NCBI GenBank assembly: GCA_964016885.1
Contig: OZ024748.1
Span: 11,656,001 to 11,720,000, forward strand
DNA: 64,000 bases
Origin: Eledone cirrhosa
Lineage: Eukaryota
Direction: 5' to 3'
The notes beneath the pieces are model-generated. The model had not been told where the DNA came from and did no database searches. It saw only the letters and a program-made list of their open reading frames with translations. Positions 35,803 to 59,061 of the stretch are shown piece after piece (position 1 is the first letter of the stretch; each line of letters begins with the position of its first letter). Position numbers and translations under genes: made by a program.

Positions 35803-36028
35803 AATAATTGTTTCTACTTTAGGCACAAGGCCATCAATTTGAAGGCGAAGGGAAAGTCGATTAAATTGACCCCCAGTGCGTTACTGGTACTTTATTTTAT
35901 CTACCCTTCAAGGATGAAAGGCTAAGCTAACCTCGGCGGGATATGAACACAGAGCGTAAAGAGCCGTAACTGTATGCGACAAAGAATCTTTCTCCGACGC
36001 TCTACCGATTACTGCCAATCCACCGCCG
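35803..36028 (-). mobile_element. SINE family 1, full length
   Basis: Reverse complement of the same consensus, ending tgccaatccaccgcc. Confidence 0.8.
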
Positions 36029-36048
36029 TCAAGGTTTCAGCTAATTAA

Positions 36049-36561
36049 TTTATATATCTAAAACAGAGAATGTCTGTCTGTCTGCCTGACTCCCTAAAAT
36101 CCGAGAACTACCCAACCGATTTTTTTCAAACTTTACACATGTAATACTTATGGTCGTGTGGGTGTTTTGAGCAAAACATATTTCAAATTTTCAATGCCCT
36201 AGGGACCGCATTAGGCGCCGGTTAGCGATCTCTCTCTCTCTCTCTTTCTTTCTTAGTCTGTCTTTTTAGATAGATACATAGCTATAACGTCGCGCCCTTA
36301 TAATATCTGTCTGTATGTCTGGCTGTCTGCATTACGACATTATGAAAACATTGACTTCGCTATCTGGCGTATTATCTTCGCTATTTTCCGTTCATTGCCA
36401 GGGAACGTCTTCCCGAACCAAAGTATCGTATTTCTGTTTTCCTTCGGTTGCAACGTTTTTCGAAATAGTTACTTCTGCGTCCACAGAGAGACTTTTTTTA
36501 GTTTCAGAAGATCCCGTTAAGGGTGAAAGCAGCGATTCCTTGCTTAAACTTGAATCTGTTA

Positions 36562-36649
<88 letters not shown>

Positions 36650-36717
36650 TAACTTATCCCTATTGTAGGTCGACTTTCCTTGCCCACAGCCAAAGCTTCG
36701 ATTTTACTAAGCTTCCA

Positions 36718-36763
<46 letters not shown>

Positions 36764-36887
36764 CACAAAATGTAGACACCATCCCCAGGCCGAGGTATTC
36801 CGTACTTCTCTGTACTGTTTCAAAAGGGAGAGATAAACATGCCCATCTATGTTTAGAATCCCGAGCAACACCGGGCCATTCTGCTAG
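36049..36887 (+). mobile_element. Non-autonomous Helitron, interrupted by (TA)n and a family-C fragment
   Basis: The 3' end has the hairpin cccg agcaacac cggg, then CTAG|T at 36884-36888. The 5' region (tatatatctaaaa...tgtctgtctgtctg...aactacccaaccgattttt..caaacttt) is typical of short Helitrons. Confidence 0.7.
36500..36550 (+). ncRNA. Hammerhead-like motif with variant core CAGAAGA
   Basis: agttt-CAGAAGA-t ccc gttaa ggg t-GAA AGCA gcgattcct TGCT T^aaact. All three stems pair, but U4 is replaced by A (also seen at 16559). Confidence 0.55.
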
Positions 36888-37298
36888 TACATACTAAAAT
36901 ACGTCTACAATGTAATCTAGACTAAGCCTCGTGCATCAAGCAAAGTCTTCTTAACAACATGTAATTATGTAATGGGTGCTAAGTCGGAGTGTCAGATGAC
37001 TAAGAGAATACGTTATTGATCTTCTAGTTCGTAGCGGCTCGGTTCAAATGTACTACAAGTGTTTCGGCATAGATTATAGATTTCAATTGCACGCTTAGTT
37101 CTATACGTTTCAAATAACCTTGGTGCGTTTTGTTTTAGGATTTCTGGGTTATTTTATCATTTGGTAAAACTAGGAAGGGTTTCACGCCCCTGATGTTATC
37201 CAGGGCTTACGGGATTGTTGGGCAGAAGGGAGTTGTTGTCAAAGCTTCGTCGCAGTTCAATTAATGAAACTAGTGGAATGATATAAGAATATACTATA

Positions 37299-37415
37299 CT
37301 AGCTGAGGTACCCGGTTTCGCCCTGGAGAACAATTAAGAGAACACGGATAAAAGAGAAAACGACTGTATTGGATGTGTTGTCTGGTTTACAGTATGAGGT
37401 GAGACCGTTGTGTGT

Positions 37416-37492
<77 letters not shown>

Positions 37493-37700
37493 ATAAACTT
37501 CCTTATTATGTTGGGGGAGTCAACTGCCGGTTAAATGGGAGCATTGGCCTAATGAAAATAAAAATTACATGTTGACACTCACTCCCGGGGTCTAATACTA
37601 TTACTTTGTAAAATTTGATTTGATTTAGTCCAGCCGTTTTAGAATGCATAATAGACAGATAGACAGACGGAGAGACAAAGAATTTTATATATAGAAGAGA
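37299..37700 (-). mobile_element. Non-autonomous Helitron
   Basis: The minus strand starts A|TC(tcttctatatataaaa...tgtctctccgtctgtct) and ends with the hairpin ccagggcgaaaccggg...CTAG|T. Confidence 0.75.
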
Positions 37701-37817
37701 TATATATACTGTGTGTTTGTGTGTGTATGTATAAATGTATATGTAATCATGTATATATGTGTGTGTGTTACATATATATACATATATATCTACAGATATA
37801 TATATATATATATATAC

Positions 37818-37872
<55 letters not shown>

Positions 37873-37901
37873 TATATATGTATACATACATTCATACATA
37901 A

Positions 37902-37983
<82 letters not shown>

Positions 37984-38510
37984 ATATAGTCGGTGTTTCC
38001 TTCTAATTATTTCTGTTTCATTTTCCGTGTCTCGTCTTTTCTTTTCTCTTATTAAAATCAAAGACGAGTTAATTAGTATTCCTAGTCACTCAGATCAAAA
38101 GAATAAAACAGCTCACATACTTTTTTATATATTTCTGTTTATATATCCCTTGTTGATAGTATTGTTGCTGTTTCTTTGTTTTCTATTATTTTCACGATTC
38201 CTAAGAAACACTGTCCACCATCCGCGTTACAATTGAAGAATTAGCTATTAATTTTTATTAGATTTTATTCTATTTTATTTTATGTATGGTTTCTAATAAA
38301 CGGGAAATGTTAGTACTTTAGTGTTGAGATGGTTTATAGCTGTCGTCTTTCCTAAAGTTGTTAGTTGTGAAATTAAAGTCAGCTGGTATTGACTGGGAAT
38401 TGAAAACGTGTCGGATCTCCAGCTTGCTTGCTGAAAAATCTATAAATATTGCTTCTATAGATACGAATTTGCTGCAGGAATTCGCCAAATGGTCAACAAG
38501 TTCGCTGTGC

Positions 38511-38594
<84 letters not shown>

Positions 38595-38645
38595 ATAATA
38601 ATAAATTTGAAGACTAAAATCCAAAGAGGGCTTTATTCTAATAAA

Positions 38646-38676
<31 letters not shown>

Positions 38677-38699
38677 GTGTCTGTGTGTGTGTACATATG

Positions 38700-38774
<75 letters not shown>

Positions 38775-38787
38775 ATATATGTATGTG

Positions 38788-38826
<39 letters not shown>

Positions 38827-38969
38827 TTTATTTTAGATTTATATAAATTTATATAAACATATGGATGAGTTGGTGCGTGTGTATATACATGTGGATGAAT
38901 TGATGTGTGTATATATGTAGACACATGTTTAGATACAGGGTCCTTTGGTGCAAGACTGTGTGTGTTCGA

Positions 38970-39023
<54 letters not shown>

Positions 39024-39269
39024 GTGGGTAACTTTTATACAAGCATGCCATTTATGCATTTCTTTTGTTCCATATACTATTTATTTACGTATATATGTAT
39101 GTAGGTATATATGTTTCTATGTATATATATATGTATCTATGCATAGATAAATGTATGCATACATATATGTATGTATATATGTATGTATATATATCTATGT
39201 ATGTATGTAGGTATATATGTATTTATGTATGTATCTATGTATATATGTGTGTATGATGTATATATGTAT

Positions 39270-39680
39270 GTGTGTATGCATGCGTGCATGCCTTTATGTA
39301 TGCATATGTGTGTACATGTGTGTATGCATGTATGTACGCATATATGTGTTCATGTATGTATGCATATATGTGTGCATGTATGTATGCATGTATGTGTTCA
39401 TGTATGTATGCATATATGTATGCATGTATGTATGCATATATGTGTGCATGTATGTATGCATATATGTGTGCGTATATGTATGCATGTATGTGTTCGTGTA
39501 TGTATGCATGTATGTGTGCACGTATGTATGTATGCAAGTATGTATGCATGTATGTATGCATGTATGCATGCATGTATGTGTGCATACATGCATGTATATG
39601 TGCATGTACGTGCTCATGTATGTGTGCATGTATGTATGCATGTATGTGCTCATGTATATGTGGATGTATGTATGCATATA
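39270..39680. repeat. (ATGC/ATGT) compound repeat with ~24-bp higher-order period
   Basis: tgcatgtatgtatgcatatatgtg repeated. Confidence 0.8.
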
Positions 39681-40198
39681 GGTTTCCTGGTGACGAGGGT
39701 GACTTTGGACATCCTGCAGGACTAAAAACAAAACCTGTCAAAGGGCAAAGGAGCTCTTAAGAGTCAATGGCCATCCAAAATGACCGAGAGAGATGACCCC
39801 TTAGCCTTTGTCAAGGCAGAATTCTAGGAGAAGGAAAACTCTGATATTACACCTGCAACTCTGATGGTATCCAATGATGTTGACTTGTTCTTCTTTTTGG
39901 TAAATATCATCTTGGTTAAGAGAGTGGGACTGGCTTTGTGCAGTGCCTTTGCTCACTATAAAAGCTTCACAGCACAGGCATTGCTTTATATCTGGAGATC
40001 GCTCTGCACTTGTCGTCACATGGTACCAAGGGCCCTGTACTATGTATCAATAATTGTCACAGGTGTAGTGTTTGTACCAGAGTTTTCAAGTCGCTGGCTG
40101 GACTAAAAAGTCACACTTGTTCAGCGCATCAGTAGGGATTCTGCTACATGGATATAAAGTAGTACTGGCCGTACTCGAAAACGAGTTGGCAGCCATCA
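39681..40198 (+). mobile_element. Non-autonomous RTE-like element, copy 2 (longest)
   Basis: Aligns by eye with 15950-16365 plus ~95 bp of extra 5' sequence; embedded in (TGCATGTA)-type repeats. Confidence 0.75.
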
Positions 40199-40844
40199 TG
40201 TGTGCATGTATGTGTGCATGTATGTGTGCATGTATGTGTGCATGTATGTGTGCATGTAACCATGCATGTCTTTACGAATAAATGTAAAAAGAAATTGAGC
40301 AGGTTGACATGCAATAATAAACGAAGGAAAAGAAAAAGTAAAGAAATCAAAATGACAGGGAGAAAGAAGAGATTTATTGAGTATCTATATATGTGTACAT
40401 GTGTGTATATGTGTATATCTTTGTATATATGTATATATGTATATATATGTGTGTATGTATTTAGGTATCTATATATGTGTATATATGTGTGTATATATGT
40501 ATATATGTGTGTATATGTATATATATGTGTGTATGTATTTAAGTATGTATATATATATATGTATGTATGTATGTATTTATATTTGTATATATGTTTGTAT
40601 GTATATATGTATGTATATATGTATGTTTGTATGCATGTATTTATGTTTGTATATACGTGTATGTATGCATAGATATATGTATGCATACATATATGTATGT
40701 ATATATGCATGTATGCATACATATATATACATATATAGTTATAGGTATACATGCATAGGTGTATGTATAAATGTCTTTATGCATACCTATGTATATATAT
40801 AGGTATATATATATGTGTGTATATATGTGTGTATATATATATAT

Positions 40845-41112
<268 letters not shown>

Positions 41113-41362
41113 CGAGATAAGGAGAGGAATGAAATTAAACTGGGAGTATGAACGTCATAAAAGAAAGCTGCACTAAAAGACCCATAACGATGAGATAAAA
41201 CAATAGAAAGACGGAAAATGGGAATTTTACTTGAATTGCATTGATTGAACAAGAGAAGCTGATCCTGTATGTAGCTGTACGTGTAGCTGTGTATGTACGT
41301 GTAGCTATATGAGTATGTGTATGTGTAGCTGTATGTGTATATGTGTACATGTAGCTGTCTAA

Positions 41363-41459
<97 letters not shown>

Positions 41460-41475
41460 TATATATATATATATA

Positions 41476-41549
<74 letters not shown>

Positions 41550-41565
41550 TATATATATATATATA

Positions 41566-41635
<70 letters not shown>

Positions 41636-41651
41636 TATATATATATATATA

Positions 41652-41714
<63 letters not shown>

Positions 41715-41741
41715 CAGAGTATAACAGTTTTAATATAGATG

Positions 41742-41792
41742 AGATTCTACAGGACTAGAACTGTTTCATTCATTTGAAATCATCAGGAATCT
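41742..41792 (-). ncRNA. Type I hammerhead ribozyme in a TA-flanked insert (41713-41987)
   Basis: Minus strand reads agattc-CTGATGA-t ttc aaat gaa t-GAAAC ag ttctagtc ct GTA^gaatct. Confidence 0.82.
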
Positions 41793-41981
41793 GGGTATCA
41801 AAAAATAAATATGGTATTTATAGGTCTCTACAAGTGGTAGGAGAGGGTGGGGAGTGGGATGGGTGCAGGTCATTGGTTGATAGAAAAGGGAATTCATTAA
41901 AAGCTAATTCTACAAAGCTATAGTTTATTTTTATTTTTATTTTTATTTATTTATGTTTTTAGAGTAACAAGGGCAGACAGA

Positions 41982-45555
<3,574 letters not shown>

Positions 45556-45557
45556 TC

Positions 45558-51096
<5,539 letters not shown>

Positions 51097-51115
51097 TATA
51101 TATATATATATATAA

Positions 51116-51154
<39 letters not shown>

Positions 51155-51190
51155 ACATTTACATATGTTATATATATATATATATATATA

Positions 51191-51392
51191 TAACAAAGGA
51201 ATTGTGGTAAAGAACCAGATGGACCATAACGCACCAGAGTACTCAATACTTAGGAGGGTAGTAGAGTGGCAAATAGGAAAAAGTATGACTCCTAACGGCA
51301 GAGCTCAAGCCGTTTCGACGGCTATTTCTGGAAGTCCAGAAATAGCCGTCGAAACGGCTTGAGCTCTGCCGTCGGGGTCATACTTTTTCCTA
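51191..51392. mobile_element. Family-A fold-back insertion in (TA)n
   Basis: ~59-bp arms at 51273-51331 and 51334-51392. The tail is nearly identical to the reverse complement of 18963-19042. Confidence 0.88.
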
Positions 51393-51804
51393 TATATATA
51401 TTTATACAGACAGACAGATCATCAGATAAATAGACAGGTAGATAGATGGATATAGACAGACAGACAGACAGACATACAGTCCGACAGACAGACAAACAGA
51501 CAGACAGAGGAACTGACATACATACAGACAGACAGACAGACGGACAGATAAAAGAAATATGTCGAGGAATTGGAACATGAACAAGAATCAATTCGGTTCT
51601 AAACTGTTTCTCGTCCATTTTTGTGTGAAGGAGAACCTCTCTTATGGTGTCGCCATTAATGAGATTCAATATTGTTGTAATATCGAACATCAGGATATTA
51701 GATCGATTGGAAATGAGAACTGTAATTGTTTCTAAAGGCAATACACCCACACAAACTTTACCAACTCCCCCCCCCCCCCCCCCACACCTCACATTCATAC
51801 ATAC

Positions 51805-51837
<33 letters not shown>

Positions 51838-51855
51838 TGTATGTATGTATGTATG

Positions 51856-52310
51856 TTCTTCTGGTTTTATAACTTCACAAAGTTTTACCAATAGAGAGAG
51901 AGTCGGTTTCTAACAAAGACACAAGACTCTCTCATTGGAATTTACACAACATCAACTAGGTAGATATGTATGTGTGTGTAGATATGGATGTTATTGTATG
52001 TGTGGATGTGGATGGTTTGAGTTGTATGTGTGCATGTGTATATGCTTTGTATCTGTACATGTGTATATGCAGTTATTAGATGCAAAATTTTTGGAATGTT
52101 TTATATATTTTTACTGTTCCATTAATGGATTCTACTTGTAGTTTCCTAACTAGTTGTGTTCTTTCTGTTCCTGTGAAGCCTAGCTTCTCAAGATTTGTAT
52201 TGAGGCAGTTACTAACATATCCCAGTGCCCCAATAATCACAGGCATAAATCTGAAGGTGTAATCAGGGTGGAGTATCTGCAGATTTCTCATCAGTTCTGC
52301 ATAAATATTC

Positions 52311-52312
<2 letters not shown>
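51856..52312 (-). mobile_element. 3' end of an RLE-type (R2/R4/NeSL-like) non-LTR retrotransposon inserted in (TATG)n
   Basis: ORF 52076-52312 (YAELMRNLQILHPDYTFRFMPVIIGALG) resembles the C-terminus of restriction-like endonuclease LINEs (Y..L...L......P..IGALG). It is followed by a ~220-bp UTR, and (TATG)n lies on both sides. Confidence 0.72.
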
Positions 52313-52341
<29 letters not shown>

Positions 52342-52343
52342 TG

Positions 52344-52374
<31 letters not shown>

Positions 52375-52473
52375 GAATGTATATATGTAAAAGGTAAACA
52401 GAAATAACAACAAAATCGGTACAGAATATGGTAGGAATATATTAGTTTAACGCTTGAAATAGCAGGAAGGGGG

Positions 52474-52509
52474 TCTTAACGTTTCAGACGTTAGTCCTTC
52501 ATCAGAAGA
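52474..52509 (-). ncRNA. Ultra-minimal hammerhead ribozyme, second copy of the 60302 family
   Basis: Minus strand reads tctt-CTGATGA-a ggac taac gtct-GAAACGTT^aaga. The surrounding ~125 bp (52385-52510) matches 60215-60339. Confidence 0.72.
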
Positions 52510-52749
52510 AATAATGAGAAATTAGAAAGTTTGTATGCATGTATGTATTTATGTATGTATGGATGGATGGATGTATGTATTTAAGTCAAGTCGCTCTTCA
52601 GCGCTACAGTTAACATGTAACCCAGTACAACCTGTGTAACTAAACCGAGGTTTGCTTTGTGAGGAGGGGGATTTGGGACAACCTGCAGGATGTGTGTGTG
52701 TCTGTGTGTCTGAGTGTCCGTGTGTCTGTGTGTGTGTGTATGTGTACGA

Positions 52750-52899
52750 TCTGAGTTCAAATCCCGCCGAGGTTAACTTTACCTTTCATCCTTAAGGGTG
52801 TCGATAAAATAAAGCACCAGTAACGTACTGGGGTCGATTTAATCGACTTTCTCCTCCCCCTAAATTGCTGGCCTCGTGCCTATACTAGAAATCATTATA
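52750..52899 (+). mobile_element. SINE family 1, 5'-truncated
   Basis: Starts at the B-box (ctgagttcaaatcccgccgagg), with body and tail present. Confidence 0.8.
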
Positions 52900-52932
52900 T
52901 CTAAAAAAAAAAAAAAAAACATCGTTAATTTG

Positions 52933-53003
52933 CAACTCGTTTTAATAATATACTCGTTTTAATCATATACTCGTTTTAATAATATACTCGTTTTAATCAT
53001 ATA
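52933..53003. repeat. 18-bp tandem repeat, about 4 copies
   Basis: actcgttttaat(a/c)atat, with the two variants alternating. Confidence 0.85.
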
Positions 53004-53890
53004 CGCCATTTATCAGTCTTGTGCCAAATAAAATTACGATTGTTAGTATTCTTGTTATCATAATTACTAGTATTTTTCTTCTTCTATTACAATATTAAAG
53101 TTGAAATTAATTCCTTGATTTAGAGAATCAGGAATCTTTTCAGGTGTGACAATAAATAACCTTGATAAAGATATCAGGTTATAGATTCTTCCTATTTCAC
53201 GCGAATATTAATTAGTAGCAGTGATACTAATTAGAGTTGACACTGTCTTAAAGAATATATAGAAATATTTCAATACTGCGTAATTGCAATCAATGTGGGT
53301 TATGAGGTCGGTTGGTTTTTGTTTAGGGAATTTTGGGGGGGGGGGGGGGTTGGCATTCTTTCTTTTAAGCTGAATACATCTTGATAGTTGCTGTTGTTGT
53401 TGTTGATGATGATTCTGTTGCTGTTGATGATTCTGTGTTGTTTTTGTTGTTGTTATCATTGATGATGAGTATGTTGTTGTGTTTGTTGTTGTTGTTGTTG
53501 TTGATACTAATGTTGTTGCTGTTTTTGTTGTAGGTGGTAATGATTCTGTTTTTGTTGTTATTGTTGTTGTTGTTGTTGTTGTTGTTTTTGTTGATGTTGT
53601 TGTTTTCTTGTCGGTTTTGTTTTCGTTGTTGATGTTGCTGTTGTTGATGTTGATGATTTTATTGTTGTTGTTTTTGTTGTTGATGTTGCTGTTGCTGTGT
53701 AACTCCAAGTAGGCACTGATCGAGCAGACGTATGATAAAGAGCGTTCCAGCCGTGGCTATCTCATCTTTTATTCTGATATGCAGGATATCTGGGATGTCA
53801 TTGTCAAATGTGTCATTCTCGTCAGAAAGTAGATAGTTGTTTAAGAAACATTTGGTTGCTATTTCTAGCCGGGTCGATTACATTTCTTTT

Positions 53891-53979
<89 letters not shown>

Positions 53980-54084
53980 GATGGTGATAGTGATATTAAT
54001 ACAAAGACTGATATATAAAAATATTCACAGCGCAATTCTTACTATCCATTTGTAAACCTTGTACCCCACATCCTACACTCCCCA

Positions 54085-54775
54085 CCACCACCATTACCAC
54101 AATCAACACCACCAGAACCACTGCCACCACAACCGCAACCACAATCAACACCAGCATTACTACCACCACCACTATTACCACTACCACTAACACCCCCACA
54201 ACCGCCACCACCTCAACCACCACAACCCCAACCACAATCAACACCAGGATTGCCACCACTACTACTACCACCACCACAACTACTACCACAACCATCACAC
54301 AACCACCACAACCACAACCAACACCAGCATCACCACCAACTCCACAACCACCACCACCACCACAACGCCACCACCACAACCACAACCACAATCAACACCA
54401 GCATTACCACCACTATTACTACTACCACCAACACCAACACCACCTCAGCGCCACCACCACAACCACAACCACAATCAACACCAGCATTACCACCACTATT
54501 ACTACTACCACCAACACCAACACCAACACCACCACAACGCCACCACCACAACCGCAATCAACACCAGCATTACCACCACAACCACAACCGCAATCAACAC
54601 CAGCATTACCACCACTATTACTACTACCACCAACACCAACAGAAACACCACCACAACGCCACCACCACCACCACAACCGCAATCAACACCAGCATTACCA
54701 CAACTACTACTACTACCACCACCACTACTACCACCAACACCATTACCACCACTAACACCAACACCACCGTTACTG
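54085..54775. repeat. (ACC)n-derived minisatellite
   Basis: Recurrent caatcaacaccagcattaccacc. Confidence 0.8.
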
Positions 54776-55569
54776 CCTAATATCAAAGAAAATAGTTTCC
54801 AAGTAAATCTCTCTTTTCATTTGCTGTCCAATATGTAATACTGACTCCATTACAGAGGTGTTGCTACCAAAAACAAACAAAACAAACAAAAAAAATCACA
54901 ACAACAAACAACAACAAAACATTAACAAAGTAAAACAGGAAAGAGAGAACGCCATAGAACAACCTGTAATTTCTTTTTCCTTCCCTTTGTCCTGTCTTTC
55001 TTTCATAACTACAGCAAAGATATTTCGGGAACATGTTTTATTGTTCTTTCATACAGAAACTAACACTTGTTTCTCATTTAACAAAACTTCTCATTTTCGT
55101 TTTGTTTACTTTTTATGGAAGTAAGGGTGGAGCGGGGGGTGGAGAAGAGGGGCATGGTATTTTCTTGGTTGGTGTAATTTTTTCTTTCTCGCGCTCTTTT
55201 TTTTTTTTTTTTTTTTTTCAAGAAATCTTTAGCACAATACCACAATACCACAATACTGGTTACAATGAATCAGTAGCCTAAACTAAAAGATGCATAATTT
55301 CTCTATATATATATCCATCTCTCCCTCTTTCTCAATCTATCTATCTATCTATATATATATATATATATATATCTCTTCCACACACACACTCTCTCTCTCT
55401 CTGTAAAGGGTGTTTTTTACCCGAAATATCAGGACTAATTAAATATTTCTATAGAAACAGTTCAGTATCATTTCTTTTTTATTACCATTTAATATTCGAA
55501 CAGCATTGTTATAAACTTCTATAGCACATTGTTTTCTAAATATTTATTACATTTCTCTCTGGTACTTAC

Positions 55570-55729
<160 letters not shown>

Positions 55730-55736
55730 AAGTACC

Positions 55737-55768
<32 letters not shown>

Positions 55769-55855
55769 AAGTACCATATATATATATATATATGTATATA
55801 TACACTGTATATATATATATATATATTTACACATATATATTTACACATTTATATA

Positions 55856-56057
<202 letters not shown>

Positions 56058-56276
56058 CAGTGTATATATATATATATGAGCTATACACGGGTTGAAAACC
56101 CGCTAGGTGATCGAGCCAACCAAACAACCAACCGGATATTTTTAATAAATTGATGTGAAAACCATAAAGTGCGTGTGTTTTTATTGATAACATGACCCTC
56201 CCAAAGCATAACAATATATATATATATATAAATCAGGATCGATTCAGGTTGAAACTGATTAGACCATTACTCAACT

Positions 56277-56418
56277 GTGTACTCGATACATGGGGTAGTA
56301 GAGTATGGTTATATTATAAAGAGTCGTGACCCCGAAGACTCAGCTCTTGCCGTTACAACAGCTAGTTCCAGACTAGCTGTTGTAACGACAAGAGCTCAGC
56401 CATCGGGGTCACGACTCT

Positions 56419-56425
<7 letters not shown>
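56277..56425. mobile_element. Diverged family-A fold-back insertion (further fragments at 56604-56665 and 58160-58237)
   Basis: Arms at 56313-56366 and 56372-56425: attataaagagtcgtgaccccga...acaacagctagt / actagctgttgt...tcggggtcacgactctttataat. Confidence 0.78.
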
Positions 56426-56464
<39 letters not shown>

Positions 56465-56701
56465 TGTATATATATATATATATATATAGGAACGAGTATA
56501 TATATTTATATACATGTATGTATATATATATATATATGTATATATGTATATATATATATGTATATATGTATATATGTATATATGTATGTAGATATATATA
56601 TATATAGGAACGAGTAGGACCCCGACGGCTGAGCTCAAGCCGTTTCGACGGTTAATTCTGGACTAAATGAACATTTTTATCCTGGTATGTGAATAGCCGA
56701 G

Positions 56702-56981
<280 letters not shown>

Positions 56982-57473
56982 TTTCCATAATGTCTGAAAC
57001 GAAGAGAGGAGATGATTGTACTTGAATTGTCTTTGATAAAAGACTAACTTGAAGCTACAGAAAGACATCAGTAACAAAAACAACAACAAAGATACTGCCA
57101 ATAGCAGAACTAAAACCGCATTTTTCATGTTTGCTATATATATTTAATGACATCGCCACTCTCATCATCATTATCATTGTCATCATCATCAACAACAACA
57201 TCACAGAGATTTTCGCTACCATGAAACCGATAATATTGATTAAAGAACAAAATTCTATTTTGTTCTCTAAAAATTTCGTCAAAGATAAATCTTCTATTTT
57301 GTGGCAGATGAAATTAATATCTTAATTAATTAATATCTAACTTTCTATCTACGTCTCTATTTAGACTAGAAACACACCTCAGATACATATACATATCTAT
57401 CTATATATATATATATGTGTGTGTGTGTCTGTGTCTGTGTGTGTGTGTGTGTGTGTGTGCATGTATGTATAAA

Positions 57474-57861
57474 TATGGTGGCTGCCAACTCGTTTTCGAG
57501 TACGGCCACTACTTTATATCCATGTAGGAGAACCTCTACCGATGCGCTGAACGAGTGTGACTTTTTAATCCAGCCAGCGACTTGAAAACTCTGGTACAAA
57601 CACTACACCTGTGACAATTATTGGTACCATGTGACGACAAGTGCAGAGAGATCTCCAGATATAAAGCAATGCCTGTGCCGTGAAGCTTTTATAGTGAGCA
57701 AAGGCACTGCACAAAGCCAGTCCCACTCTCTTAACCAAGATGATGTTTACCAAAAAGAAGAACAAGTCAACATCATTGGAAACCATCAGGGTTGCAGGTG
57801 TTATATCAGAGTTTTCCTTCTCCTAGAATTCTGCCCTAACAAAGGCTAAGGGGTCATCTCT
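57474..57861 (-). mobile_element. Non-autonomous RTE-like element, copy 3
   Basis: Reverse complement of the same element (atggtggctgccaactcgttttcgag...ctaaggggtcatctc). Confidence 0.75.
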
Positions 57862-57950
57862 AGATATATGCGTATATATACATACATATATATGAATAGA
57901 TATACATTTATATACATACAAACATTCATACACACACACACACACACGCA

Positions 57951-58038
<88 letters not shown>

Positions 58039-58266
58039 TATATAACAATAAGGAGTTGACGGACCCAGCATATTTATCAATGCCAGGACCGGTTGTATCT
58101 CAGCGTACTCAATGGGCAATGTAAGATACATCCCCTTAGATATATATATATATATATATAACGAAGGAAATGTGGTAAGGGTCCAGAATTAGCCGCCGAA
58201 ACAGCTTGAGCTCTGCCGCTGGGGTCACACTTGTTCATATATATATATATATATAGATATAGGGTA

Positions 58267-59061
58267 TTAGCTGTATACTTTGTGAAATGACCTAAGAGAT
58301 TTATGGATGCAGTGAGCAAATAAATCGGTGCGTATATTTATTATAGAGTTGAAATTTGAGATAATGGTAAATGTTTCAGCTAGACATAAATTATAAGCCC
58401 TAGATATGGAAGCATTAGAATATGGAGAAGCATTGGATATTTTACGCCAAGAAATTTTGTAATTAATGTTTTTGTCTTTTAAGGACCAGATGAGTTCTGA
58501 AAGTGCAATGTTTGTTCTTTTAAGTGGATATTTAAATGAGGAAGAATGGTTATATAGTCTTGCCTTAAAAGAAGTAGAAGTAGAGCCAATGTAGATATAA
58601 GAATTGGTACTGGTTAGCACCTTACATTCATATACTAGATTTTTATCGAGACAGAAATTATTAAGAGGACATTTAGTTCTATTAGGGCAGTTGCATTTAC
58701 GATTAAGATTATTAACAGAGTTATTTGCAAATGGCCCAGGATTAATTATAATAGGAATTGTATTGGTGGACTTAGCTAAAGGAGGTGCTAATGTTTCCTG
58801 ATTTAGATCACTATTTGAAGCATTCATCAAAGTTACGTTTGACGTCGTATTTATATTTAAGTTATCTTGTCTAGAGTTTACATTGACGTCGAGCCTTATA
58901 GTGTTATTATTATGACGCTCAAGGTTGGATGCATATGAGTTATTATTTAATATTTTAGTATTATGTTTTGAGATAATGTTAGAAATGTTGGAAGTGGTGG
59001 AGTATGAGAATTTAATGGTATGCTTATTAAAAATCTTACTATAAATATGTGAAGGAAGCAA
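58267..59061 (-). pseudogene. PLE linker plus Cys-rich motif and GIY-YIG endonuclease (continues the RT ORF after a frameshift)
   Basis: KIFNKHTIKFSYS; CNCPNRTKCPLNNFC; NLVYECKV...YIYIGSTSTSFKARLYNH (GIY-YIG); LSELIWSLK; NLCLAE; NIRTDLFAHCIH. Confidence 0.88.
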
